Shown one piece after another: positions 55,205 to 64,000 of a DNA stretch of 64,000 bases. The notes beneath the pieces were generated by a model, which had not been told where the DNA came from, did no database searches, and saw only the letters and a program-made list of their open reading frames with translations. Made by a program: the position numbers and the translations under genes. Position 1 is the stretch's first letter; each line of letters begins with the position of its first letter. This DNA comes from Candidatus Thorarchaeota archaeon (GTDB lineage Archaea > Asgardarchaeota > Thorarchaeia > Thorarchaeales > Thorarchaeaceae), in contig JBHIAE010000011.1 in assembly GCA_046758445.1 (NCBI GenBank), positions 1 through 64,000 on the forward strand. The letters are read 5' to 3'.

Positions 55205-57649
55205 CTGTCAAGTTCGTGGGTAATCAAGACGCGGCAGATGTCTGAGGCAGGCAAGGAGCTTATTCTTCGTGAGGCATTGGCAGCTCACCTTAGGAGCTCT
55301 AGAGACCGACAACTTTTCACACAGATCGTACCTGACCAGCGTTCACTAGAGGACCTTCTCTCGGCCTTCGCATCTTTCTATCTCCAGAATTACATGGGTG
55401 TACGCCTTCACACCATAGAGGAAACTTTGGAGCTCACAATCGAGGAACAGGAGCAAAAGGCTATAGAGGATAGGGACCAACTCGAGCGTGAGATTCGCTT
55501 TCTATTCGGAAGGAAGCTTCCCGACGAAGTTGCGACCGAGAGCATCGTGAGTGAGTTTGTGGTCAGGTTCTGTGATGAACTCGGAAGCAGTAATCCTTCC
55601 GACCAAGAAACGGTGACTCGGGCACAGGACCTGATTAGGGAATATCTCGAAAAGATACCTGCTGAATTCTCTCCAAATCACGACATTGACTTTCTGAATC
55701 GCATCACCGGATCTGATTCAGCAATGCGGGAGGAGTTCTATAACAAAGCATCCGGCCTTAAGGAAACCGCGTTATCGCTGCGAAACGAACTCCTGCGAGA
55801 ACACGACTTCGAGGTTATCGAGATATCCGTCCTGAAGGAAGGCTTGAAGCGTATCTGGGGGGCTCCGAAATATGCCTCCTCTCACATTTCGACTTCGATG
55901 GTATTCCCAGCAGCCATTGCCGGTATTGCTTCTGAGGTTGCCAGTCATCTCTGCAAAGGACAGAAGGAAGTGGCAACAATCAAGAAATCTCACGAGATTC
56001 GCCTAGAACTGCTGGGTGTTCTGAAGGCTGTGCTACAGCGGCCAATCACATTGGATGAGTATGAAGATGCTTTGGTGAACAAACTGTCACAGAGCATAGC
56101 CTCAGCGATTGAAGAAGATCCAGATTCGACATTCGACCTGCTATCACATCTGATGCAAATCCCAGTCGTCGATATAGAGTCTGCGTTCAGGCGGAAGGGA
56201 CTGACAGACCCGGAAGACATTGCAAAAGGCCTTCGAATCACAAGAGCTGAGGTCGAGGAGAGAGCAAAGGATTCCGAGATCGATGAGGTCGAGATGGAGT
56301 ATCTAGAACGCTCACTCAAAGCGATTGACAAACTTGAGAACACACTTGAGAAACCGGTCAAGGGCATGTTGCGGTCACAGGGGCTCAGAGCATCTGAGCT
56401 TGACAAGTTCAATATTGAAACCCTTGTTAGGGACAGAGAGTCTCTCCTTGGCTTCGAGGTTCGTGTGCTGGAGGCTCTTGAGAAGAGGATACGCGTACCT
56501 CCACCTGAGGAAGTCAAGAGACTGCTGGATGCGAGAGAGAGAGTCCGTCAGGGGGCTCTCAGCTCAATAGGAGTTACTTCATCGGCCGATATGATACGGC
56601 ATCGGCGGCACGAAGAAACGATCGCATCCATCAAGCTTGACCTTGCATGGCTCTTCACATCAAGTATACTAACTAACATGGCTAGGATTGTGGAAACCTA
56701 CATCAGATCAAGGCAGGATCTTCTGCGCATTAAGGCGCTTCTGAAGAGCATCTACGAGGGAACAGAAACAGATCTCCAAGCTCTTCGTGTGGAAATCCTG
56801 ATTGACCTGGCATCGATGAGAATCTATGAGTTGAAGACAGTCTATCCAGAGCTGGGCGCGTCAGACATTTGCTCGTGGATACATGCACGTTTGTCAGATC
56901 AGGACATGACTGCTGCCAAAGCGGAGCTGGATGCAACTCCGAGTCCAGTTTTCGAAGGGGTCATAGATACTCCATTAGTGATGGACTCGCTAGAGTTTGA
57001 CAACTATGCCATTGCGTACGACATCATGCATCGTTTTCTCATAACTGAGAGGGGCAAGAAGATGGCAAAGGAAGAACTTGCACTCGAGGCCAAGTTAGAA
57101 GAACAACGGATTGCGGACAGCAAGAAGAGTTCCATAGACGTGTTGTCTTGGGTCTACACAAAGAGCCAGACTGTCTTTAGGGCCATTGGGCGTGTCGGTC
57201 CCAAAGGGCTGGAATGGACGCCAAATGATGATAGCAAGTGCGCCAATCTACTTTCGTACTATGTGAGGACGAGCAGAGGACGTAAAGTCTGCTCCTTATG
57301 CTGTGAAGCCCCAGAAGATGGCAAATGCAGAACACATGGCACCCGTGACATGATTCCGGGCAACGACATGGAGAACCTTGCAGTCTTCGTCAAGAGGTCT
57401 ATATCTGACATCAAGCAAGGTCTTCTTGGAGCGTCCGCTGAGCCCATGAGTCTAAGGGAGGCCCGTTCAATCGTGGACCGTGAGATAGGCGTGTTGAAAC
57501 GACAAGGCAAGCTTACATCCAAAACAAACTTGAAAGAACTGATGCCTGGCGAGATCAATCAGATTGTTGGACCTGCAATTGCGCGAGTCATTGGTAAGTA
57601 CTTTAACGACTCGCTGAATTACGCCGCAAGGAGCTACGATTACACCTAG
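55205..57649 (+). CDS. Large alpha-helical hypothetical protein with C-terminal CxxC...CxxH zinc finger
   Basis: ~815 aa; VCSLCCEAPEDGKCRTHG. SD GGAGGTG precedes CTG 55205 right after the upstream stop; the track uses GTG 55172. Confidence 0.8.
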   Translation: MSSSWVIKTRQMSEAGKELILREALAAHLRSSRDRQLFTQIVPDQRSLEDLLSAFASFYLQNYMGVRLHTIEETLELTIEEQEQKAIEDRDQLEREIRFLFGRKLPDEVATESIVSEFVVRFCDELGSSNPSDQETVTRAQDLIREYLEKIPAEFSPNHDIDFLNRITGSDSAMREEFYNKASGLKETALSLRNELLREHDFEVIEISVLKEGLKRIWGAPKYASSHISTSMVFPAAIAGIASEVASHLCKGQKEVATIKKSHEIRLELLGVLKAVLQRPITLDEYEDALVNKLSQSIASAIEEDPDSTFDLLSHLMQIPVVDIESAFRRKGLTDPEDIAKGLRITRAEVEERAKDSEIDEVEMEYLERSLKAIDKLENTLEKPVKGMLRSQGLRASELDKFNIETLVRDRESLLGFEVRVLEALEKRIRVPPPEEVKRLLDARERVRQGALSSIGVTSSADMIRHRRHEETIASIKLDLAWLFTSSILTNMARIVETYIRSRQDLLRIKALLKSIYEGTETDLQALRVEILIDLASMRIYELKTVYPELGASDICSWIHARLSDQDMTAAKAELDATPSPVFEGVIDTPLVMDSLEFDNYAIAYDIMHRFLITERGKKMAKEELALEAKLEEQRIADSKKSSIDVLSWVYTKSQTVFRAIGRVGPKGLEWTPNDDSKCANLLSYYVRTSRGRKVCSLCCEAPEDGKCRTHGTRDMIPGNDMENLAVFVKRSISDIKQGLLGASAEPMSLREARSIVDREIGVLKRQGKLTSKTNLKELMPGEINQIVGPAIARVIGKYFNDSLNYAARSYDYT

Positions 57650-57651
57650 GT

Positions 57652-57972
57652 CTATCCGTCCCTAACACTGCTCGATATCCATTCAAGGTAGTCAGAAGAC
57701 CCTCCGTCAACAGATACTACAACGAATTCAGGCACTTCATAGGGGTGATTGGCCTTGATAGCTTCCCAGAGTCGGTCCTCACTCTTCTTCTCTGTCTTCA
57801 TTAGAAGGATGGACTCTGCTTCATCCTCAATCTTTCCCTTCCACCAATAGAAGCTTCTCACTTCTTGGATAATGTTCACGCATGCACATGCTTTGGCTTC
57901 TACGAGTTTCTTCGCAAGTCCAGCAGACTTTGCCTGTGGGCAAGTGGTGAGTGCAAGGATGTGTTCTGGCAT
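57652..57972 (-). CDS. cutA: Divalent-cation tolerance protein CutA
   Basis: LVEAKACACVNI, SFYWWKGKIE, HPYEVPE, YLEWI. Confidence 0.95.
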   Translation of the reverse strand: MPEHILALTTCPQAKSAGLAKKLVEAKACACVNIIQEVRSFYWWKGKIEDEAESILLMKTEKKSEDRLWEAIKANHPYEVPEFVVVSVDGGSSDYLEWISSSVRDG

Positions 57973-58066
57973 GTGAGAATGGAATACTTGCCTCCTTAAA
58001 CGCATTTGCAGCGAACTTCCACGAAACGCCAATCTTATTATCACACTCGAAGTTCCTGTCTGTGCT

Positions 58067-58528
58067 GTGGGGAAGATGAGCCTAAGTTCGCCCTTAAGAC
58101 TAGCACTGCTGTTGGTCCTTGTCACACTCTTCGCACCATACTATATCGTTGAGCAGAATCTATTGGGTGGCTCCAGTCTTCACATTGTCGCACCTATCTG
58201 GACTATGGTTTCACATTCGGGGGGTCCGTTTACACTGGAGCTGCCATCGGGAATGACCATAGACTATGCCCCTCTATGGGGGCTAGGAATTGTGATGGCA
58301 TTCCTCGTGTTCTTTGCTGCGGATAGGAGAGAGATATCTTGGAGAGGATATCTTGTGATGGTCTTCATTCTCCTATTGATGCAGATTGCCTATCACGTGA
58401 TCATTGTCGTCCTGGCGATAGGAGGCCCACCCACGACATTCACATTCATACCACTAGTTGCCGTCATCGCTTTTGTTCTAACATCTGTGATAGACCGAGA
58501 GCAAGTATCAAGCTGGGAGAGCCCCTAG
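58067..58528 (+). CDS. Hypothetical membrane protein
   Basis: Four hydrophobic segments. Confidence 0.65.
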   Translation: MGKMSLSSPLRLALLLVLVTLFAPYYIVEQNLLGGSSLHIVAPIWTMVSHSGGPFTLELPSGMTIDYAPLWGLGIVMAFLVFFAADRREISWRGYLVMVFILLLMQIAYHVIIVVLAIGGPPTTFTFIPLVAVIAFVLTSVIDREQVSSWESP

Positions 58529-58737
58529 TATTTACGGAGCTCAAGTCAGAGCTTATCTTTGTGCTGCTTAATCTCCGACTCGTTTACACTTGGTGCGGTA
58601 GTATCGCTGGTTGGCACTTCTTGTGCTCGCCGACTTGGAGATAGTCCACTACATGCCGAAACCCTCACAATAATATATCGGACGCACAATATATGACTCA
58701 GTGCTCAAGCTGAAGATTGTCTGCTGGAGGAGTAGAT

Positions 58738-60456
58738 GTGGCAGTCGCGTTCATGGCCGCATTGGAGAAGTCTCCCGAAACCTACGACCATGAATTCGAT
58801 GCCGTTCTTGAAGGGCGTGCCAGTCAGATAAGGGAAAGAATCCTAGATCTTGTCAAACCAGGGATGAATGTGCTGGACCTGGGTTGTGGCACGGGCCTTC
58901 TGGCAACGGAGGCTGCAAAGAGAGAGGCAAGGGTGGTTGGTATTGATTCGAATCTGGAGATGATAGGGCTTGCCATAATACGGGCAGCAGGTTTGGACAA
59001 CGCCCCAGAGTTCTTGCATGGAGATGTTCTATCGTTTGGAGAGGAAGTTGGCACTGGAAGGCCTGAGAATGAATCTGGCCGATTCGACCTCATTGTGACC
59101 ACATTTCTGCTTTCGGAGCTCAAACCACCCCAGCGCGATCTCCTCATGCAGGTCGTCGGATCATTGCTGCGTGTTGACGGGATATTTGCAGTTGCAGCGG
59201 AAACTCTACCGAGTTCCTTCTCAGAAAGAAGGAGATTCTGGAGAAACAGAAGCCAAGCAGAAAGGCAATCGCGAAGGAGATTGCCCCGGCCTATCACCAA
59301 TTTGGACGAAATCGTAGAAGAAGCAGGGCTTGTCATTCTTGAAACTGAGAAGTATGGGTCAGAGATTACGTTCATTCAGGGTGAGGTCGGAAAGAGCCCC
59401 CCTTCCCTCACATATCGGACCAGAGCCAAAGCGTTCGAAGGTGTCAAGGCTAGACTAAGAACTTGGTACAATCATCTAACCGGCGGATGGCGTGGGATTC
59501 CAATCAAGCCTGGCCTGTATAAGTCGGGAGATCCGAAGCGCAACAGTCCTATCGTAGTGACAGCCAATTACGAACTGACCTATTATACAGTCATGCGCGC
59601 TCTGGCGAAAGAGAGAATCGATGCCTGGGTCCTTGTATGCGACACTGACGGTATTAACGTATGGTGCGCGGCGAGGGGGACGCACTTCGACAGTGAAGAT
59701 GTTATCCAGATGATGCGCCTGACTAGTTTGGGCGAACTAGTGGATCATAGAGAAATCATAATGCCACAGCTCTCAGCTGCCGGAATGGATCCTACGTTGA
59801 TTCGAGAGCGAACAGGGTTCAGAGTCCGTTATGGACCAGTCCGGATACAAGACCTCTCAGAGTGGCTTGCACTTGGAAAGCCCCGACCGAAGCCGAGGAA
59901 GATGGCAAGTGTGACCTTCAATCTGAGAGAGAGAATGGAACAGAGTGCAGCACACATTCCCTTCCTGTTCGCAGCTCTGCTTGGCAAACCGATCGCGGCC
60001 ATCTTGGGGATTCTTGCGGTTGTTAACATCTTGCTCTTTGTAGCTGTCCCACCAGCAATGACCTTATCGTACCCACTTACGCTTCAGATTCTTCTATTGA
60101 TAGCGGAGTTCATCGCAGCATTGGTGGGCAACGCATTCACCCTTGGTCTCTTGTTCCCCATTCTTCCTTCAAAGGGGAATTCCTTCTGGCGACGAGGGCT
60201 CGGACTTGCAGGAATCACTTTGCCGCTTGCCGCTGTCATCATGATAATGTTTGGGGTACATTGGACGTTGTTTGTTGTATGGATGGTTGTTCAATTGGTG
60301 ATGGCCACGTCCCTGACAATGGACTGGTCTGGAATGACATCAGTAAGTGATCCAAAGGTGATAAGAAGAGAGTATCCCTATATGATTCAGACTCTGAAAG
60401 TCGGTGTTGTCTTCATAGTAGTCTTTAACTTGGTAGTAGCTCTCTTGGGTTGGTGA
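58738..60456 (+). CDS. Class I SAM methyltransferase fused to HgcA-like corrinoid protein (CdhD-like domain + TM domain)
   Basis: VLDLGCGTG (SAM motif I). PGLYKSGDP..SPIVVTANY, DTDGINVWCAA, IMPQLSAAG, YGPVR, then ~4-5 TM helices. GTG 58738 follows GGAGGA. Confidence 0.88.
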   Translation: MAVAFMAALEKSPETYDHEFDAVLEGRASQIRERILDLVKPGMNVLDLGCGTGLLATEAAKREARVVGIDSNLEMIGLAIIRAAGLDNAPEFLHGDVLSFGEEVGTGRPENESGRFDLIVTTFLLSELKPPQRDLLMQVVGSLLRVDGIFAVAAETLPSSFSERRRFWRNRSQAERQSRRRLPRPITNLDEIVEEAGLVILETEKYGSEITFIQGEVGKSPPSLTYRTRAKAFEGVKARLRTWYNHLTGGWRGIPIKPGLYKSGDPKRNSPIVVTANYELTYYTVMRALAKERIDAWVLVCDTDGINVWCAARGTHFDSEDVIQMMRLTSLGELVDHREIIMPQLSAAGMDPTLIRERTGFRVRYGPVRIQDLSEWLALGKPRPKPRKMASVTFNLRERMEQSAAHIPFLFAALLGKPIAAILGILAVVNILLFVAVPPAMTLSYPLTLQILLLIAEFIAALVGNAFTLGLLFPILPSKGNSFWRRGLGLAGITLPLAAVIMIMFGVHWTLFVVWMVVQLVMATSLTMDWSGMTSVSDPKVIRREYPYMIQTLKVGVVFIVVFNLVVALLGW

Positions 60457-60462
60457 CAGAGA

Positions 60463-60789
60463 ATGACGATTGTTTTGGAAGATGTGGGCCTAGAGATTGA
60501 ATACAACCGCCAAAAGTGTAATCGCTGTGGCATATGCTTGGAGGTCTGCCCTTTTGGGGTCTGGGAGATGCCAGAAGAGGGGCCGGCAGTACTTGCAAGG
60601 ATTGAAAACTGCACAAATTGTACAGCCTGCGCCAAGAACTGTCTGGGCGGTGCAATAGCCGTCAGGAACATAGGTTGTGGATGTATTTGGAATGAAGCGG
60701 CACGGCGGCGTGGTGATTGTGAGGAGTCTGTTGTCAGAACCAGCAATTTAGAAACCGGTTCGCACGCCAGCAAATGTTGTTCAGACTGA
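60463..60789 (+). CDS. HgcB-like 2[4Fe-4S] ferredoxin with Cys-rich tail
   Basis: CNRCGICLEVCP, CTNCTACAKNC, IGCGC, terminal KCCSD; immediately downstream of the hgcA-like gene. Confidence 0.85.
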   Translation: MTIVLEDVGLEIEYNRQKCNRCGICLEVCPFGVWEMPEEGPAVLARIENCTNCTACAKNCLGGAIAVRNIGCGCIWNEAARRRGDCEESVVRTSNLETGSHASKCCSD

Positions 60790-60916
60790 AGACTCGTCAA
60801 ACAGAGGTCCGGGGGAACCTCTAGACGCATTTCATCGATTATGAGGACGTGAGCAACCAAGTGCATCCTCTAGTTTATATGTGAGTTGCTGGTCCCGCAC
60901 AGCCGAAGGGTGATTC

Positions 60917-62320
60917 TTGATGGCGAAGAAGTTCGTTCCTACAGGGGTCATGCCAGCTCTAGTCACTCCGTTTACCAAGGATGGAGACATTCTCGAAGAG
61001 GGCTTCGGGCAGGTAATCGACTACACAATCGGCAAGGGTGCCACGGGAATAGTCCCGGCTGGCACAACCGGAGAATTCTCGTATCTGCGCACCGAGGAAC
61101 GCAAGAAACTCCTCAAGCTGGCGGTCGAGTTTGTTGACGGTAGGGTGCCCATTGTGGCTGGCACGGGTCAACATAGCACGAGGGCAACTGTAGAACTTAC
61201 GAAGTACGCGGCTGACATAGGATGTGACGCTGCTCTTATCATCTCACCATTCTATCTGAGGCCAACAGACAAGGGATACTACGAACATTTCTCCACTGTC
61301 GCTAGAAAGGGGGGCCTACCCGTCATCCCTTACAATATCCCCCAATGCACTCTAGGTGTACTCAACTCCAACGTTTTGGAGGATCTCGCAGAACTCGATA
61401 GCATAGTGGGAATAAAGGACAGCAGTGGAAACATAGGCCACACCGTAGAACTAATCCAGAAGCTGAAGGGGAAGATGCCAGTTCTGATAGGGCACGATGA
61501 GTGCTTTCTCTCAGCAATTGCCGCCGGAGCAAGTGCTGCAATTCTCGCATCCGCCAATGTTATTCCCCACATCTGGCTAGACATCATGGAGAAGGTCAAG
61601 ACCGGGGATTTTGAGGGCGCTAGTGAACTTCAGCATAGTGCGCAGACACTTGCCAGGATTGTTACAAGAAATGGAGGAGCTCCGCCGGTCAAGGCAGCTC
61701 TGAAGATGATGGGAATTAAGGCAGGTAGGAGTAGGATGCCTCTGAATACTGGGGGAACGTTGACACTTGAAACAAGAGAGGAGATTCGTATTGAGCTCGA
61801 GAAACTTGGCGCAATTGAGAGTCTGAGTCATCCTCCGCTTGACGCGAACATCGATATTGGAAGTGTTCTGCATGATATGGGCGTAGATCTGGGTAGCAAA
61901 TCTGGCCTTGCATTTGGACGCGGATCAAATGACTCAGTTTCTGTAAGCATTGCTGCAGGTCCGAAGGGCGGTTCCCTGGGACCTGCATTTGTAAAGCTCC
62001 TGACGACTCCGAAGATTGGCCATGAGGCGTTGACAGTGATTCTGGAACCGAATCTCCAAGTCTTACCTTCAAGCATCATGTTGCCGACAAAACAGATTCA
62101 GTCAATGCGGCAGGCATCTTTGTTCTATGGGCCTGTCCAATCTGGAGCTGCGCGGGCGGTAGCACTTCATGTCGAGGCTGGTAAGATTCCAAAGCAGTTC
62201 TTGCGTGACCAAGTAATCATTATGGCAATTGACATGGATATGAACACAAGAGAACGTAGAGTGGTACGAGCAGCCACCGAGGACGCAGTATCTGTAGCCC
62301 TTGGGCAGATATGGAGCTGA
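60917..62320 (+). CDS. DapA/NAL-family class I aldolase fused to a degenerate Fae domain
   Basis: ALVTPF, GTTGE, YNIP, GIKDSSG. C-terminal GPKGGSLGPAF..GHEALTVILEPNL..YGPVQSGAARAV is Fae-like. Confidence 0.85.
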   Translation: MMAKKFVPTGVMPALVTPFTKDGDILEEGFGQVIDYTIGKGATGIVPAGTTGEFSYLRTEERKKLLKLAVEFVDGRVPIVAGTGQHSTRATVELTKYAADIGCDAALIISPFYLRPTDKGYYEHFSTVARKGGLPVIPYNIPQCTLGVLNSNVLEDLAELDSIVGIKDSSGNIGHTVELIQKLKGKMPVLIGHDECFLSAIAAGASAAILASANVIPHIWLDIMEKVKTGDFEGASELQHSAQTLARIVTRNGGAPPVKAALKMMGIKAGRSRMPLNTGGTLTLETREEIRIELEKLGAIESLSHPPLDANIDIGSVLHDMGVDLGSKSGLAFGRGSNDSVSVSIAAGPKGGSLGPAFVKLLTTPKIGHEALTVILEPNLQVLPSSIMLPTKQIQSMRQASLFYGPVQSGAARAVALHVEAGKIPKQFLRDQVIIMAIDMDMNTRERRVVRAATEDAVSVALGQIWS

Positions 62321-62326
62321 TAAGAC

Positions 62327-63805
62327 ATGACTAGTGAGGAATATCGGTTCAAAGGGGTTTATCCTGCACTTGTCACTCCCCTTGATGACAGCGGCGTGAA
62401 CGAGGAGCAATACAGGAATCTGATAGAATACACACTCAGCAAGGGTGCAACAGGCCTTGTTCCATGCGGGACAACTGGTGAGTTTACTAGCATGAGGTTC
62501 GATGAGAAAGTTGAGGCTATTAGAATCGCATGCGAAGCAGCGCAGGGTCGTGTTCCTGTCCTCGCAGGAACTGGCGCTGCATACACGAATGATGTCATCA
62601 AGCTCACACGTCGGGCGGCTGAGTTCGGAGCAGCAGCAGCTTTAGTTGTTTCCCCATACTTCCTCAAACCCTCAACCAAGGAAGTATACGAGCATTTTGA
62701 GAAGATAGCAAACACAAGTGAGATTCCCATCATCATATACAATATTCCGCAGGTGACAGGAGTCAATCTTGACTGGTGGCTGATCGATGGTCTTCGGGAG
62801 ATAGACAATATCATCGGACTCAAGGACTCAAGTGGCAATCTTGTAAATCTAACAACGGTACTGGTGAGGAGACCCGACGACTTTCAGGTGATGGTTGGTC
62901 ATGATGAAGTTGCGCTTCCAGCTCTAGCATCTGGATGTGATGGAGCCGTTCTTGCGAGCGCGAACGTGTTTCCTGACAGATACCTCCGCCTCCAGGGTGC
63001 GCTTGCCGTAGGAAACCTGAAGGATGCTCTCATCATTCAGAGGAGCATACAGAAGACGGTGCGAATCATTGTCAATAGAGGAGGAGGAATGGCTGTGAAG
63101 GCCGCTTTGAACATGATGGGAGTCCATGTCGGTAAAGCCCGACCTCCGTTGCATGAAGGAGATCTCCTTCGCTACGAGGACATTGATGAGCTCCGTACCT
63201 GTCTAGAAGACTTGCAGCTGATCGAGAGGGGTCCTGTTACTTTCAAAATGGGCGAGGAGTCCATAGTGGCCGAGAGCTACCCAAAGGCCAAGGGGCTTGT
63301 CCCGGATGAGATTCCTGATATCACTCTGCTTCATGGTGAAGCACTTGCTGGTGAGGGACAGGAAGTCGCCCACGTAGATTTGGTGATGGGAGTCCGAAAC
63401 GGACCAATGAAGGAAGTTTTCGAGCACGCTGGGAAACTTATCGAGGGATTCCACTCCTCCACTGTCATAAAGGACATTGAGCCCACAACGGTGTTTGCGC
63501 CCACTGTTACTATCACAAGCGAGAAGCAGAAGAGAATGGTCTTTGAAGTTGCGCAAAAAGCTGTGGCAGATGCTGTCGTTCGAACAGTCACAGACGGCAT
63601 TATTCCAGAGGAGTTGGTGCCCGATCTCGTCATCGCTGCAAACGTGTTCGTACATCCAACGGCAGTCAACTCCAGACGTGTACATATCAACAACTTTAGA
63701 GCTGTCAGGTTTGCAATTAGGCGGGCTATTGAGAACAGGCAGTCTGCCGATGAGATCATAGCCAGAATAGAGTCCGCGAGGCATCCCTTTGCATACAACC
63801 CATAG
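62327..63805 (+). CDS. DapA/NAL-family class I aldolase fused to Fae (formaldehyde-activating enzyme) domain
   Basis: GTTGE, YNIP, GLKDSSG. C-terminal GEALAGEGQEVAHVDLVMG, AQKAVADAV..DGIIP, NVFVHP, RHPF. Confidence 0.9.
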   Translation: MTSEEYRFKGVYPALVTPLDDSGVNEEQYRNLIEYTLSKGATGLVPCGTTGEFTSMRFDEKVEAIRIACEAAQGRVPVLAGTGAAYTNDVIKLTRRAAEFGAAAALVVSPYFLKPSTKEVYEHFEKIANTSEIPIIIYNIPQVTGVNLDWWLIDGLREIDNIIGLKDSSGNLVNLTTVLVRRPDDFQVMVGHDEVALPALASGCDGAVLASANVFPDRYLRLQGALAVGNLKDALIIQRSIQKTVRIIVNRGGGMAVKAALNMMGVHVGKARPPLHEGDLLRYEDIDELRTCLEDLQLIERGPVTFKMGEESIVAESYPKAKGLVPDEIPDITLLHGEALAGEGQEVAHVDLVMGVRNGPMKEVFEHAGKLIEGFHSSTVIKDIEPTTVFAPTVTITSEKQKRMVFEVAQKAVADAVVRTVTDGIIPEELVPDLVIAANVFVHPTAVNSRRVHINNFRAVRFAIRRAIENRQSADEIIARIESARHPFAYNP

Positions 63806-64000
63806 AAATCATCAATATGCAGACTAGCGCTGACCGTATAGAAACGCCAAATGTATATCTATCCACAATTCCTAGGATATCCGCCAACAGGATACCATGG
63901 TGGTTCAGACAATGAGAACTTGTGTCAAGTGTGGAAGAGTCAACCAGCCTACGAGGAAGCATTGCACTCGCTGTGGAGCATCTCTGATTGGAGTCACCAA

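Noticed and set aside
60917-63805. Plain dapA lysine-biosynthesis annotation
   Set aside because: The substrate Arg is missing, both copies are Fae fusions, and no dapB/asd/lysC genes are adjacent, so no gene symbol was assigned.
1-64000. Numerous 60-210 aa antisense or overlapping ORFs in the track, and long N-terminal extensions (15184, 27242, 37312, 42207, 58125)
   Set aside because: They are shadows of well-supported genes on the other strand or frame, with no motifs or SD sites. The extensions overlap neighbouring genes or promoters.
1-64000. CRISPR arrays, tRNA/rRNA genes, IS elements, proviral genes
   Set aside because: None were recognised in the intergenic regions or ORFs by manual reading.

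Overview
A gene-dense archaeal chromosomal segment with about 55 CDS. I found no rRNA, tRNA, CRISPR array or transposase. It is most likely from an Asgard archaeon, Thorarchaeia-like; this is an inference from a Snf7/ESCRT-III gene, archaeal PGI/PMI, AOR, GGAGGTGA-type Shine-Dalgarno (SD) sites and TTTATA boxes. Most of the window is housekeeping or metabolic: Mrp, IMPase, ThrC, SurE, WecB, Udp, PRPP-synthase-like, Dcd, GdhA, GltB-like, IlvE, AOR, agmatinase, CutA. The unusual parts are: (1) an ~11 kb cluster (873-11660) with three paralogous CDC48-N-domain+vWA proteins and no ATPase, an active/inactive amidohydrolase pair, a vWA-wHTH-Ig protein and a HEAT protein with three repeated helical modules; (2) a SAM-methyltransferase fused to an HgcA-like corrinoid protein, followed by an HgcB-like ferredoxin; (3) two tandem DapA-family aldolase + Fae (formaldehyde-activating enzyme) fusions; (4) a GCS2-type COOH-NH2 ligase with a long Ig-like tail beside a degenerate hydrolase; (5) a wHTH-pseudo-PfkB regulator with a tandem palindromic operator facing an ECF S-component-like gene; (6) a ~120 nt predicted structured RNA with its own TATA box; (7) an origin-like AT-rich intergenic region, an OB-fold pseudogene and repeated CTG/ATC start codons. 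All family calls come from motif recognition by eye; no searches were run.
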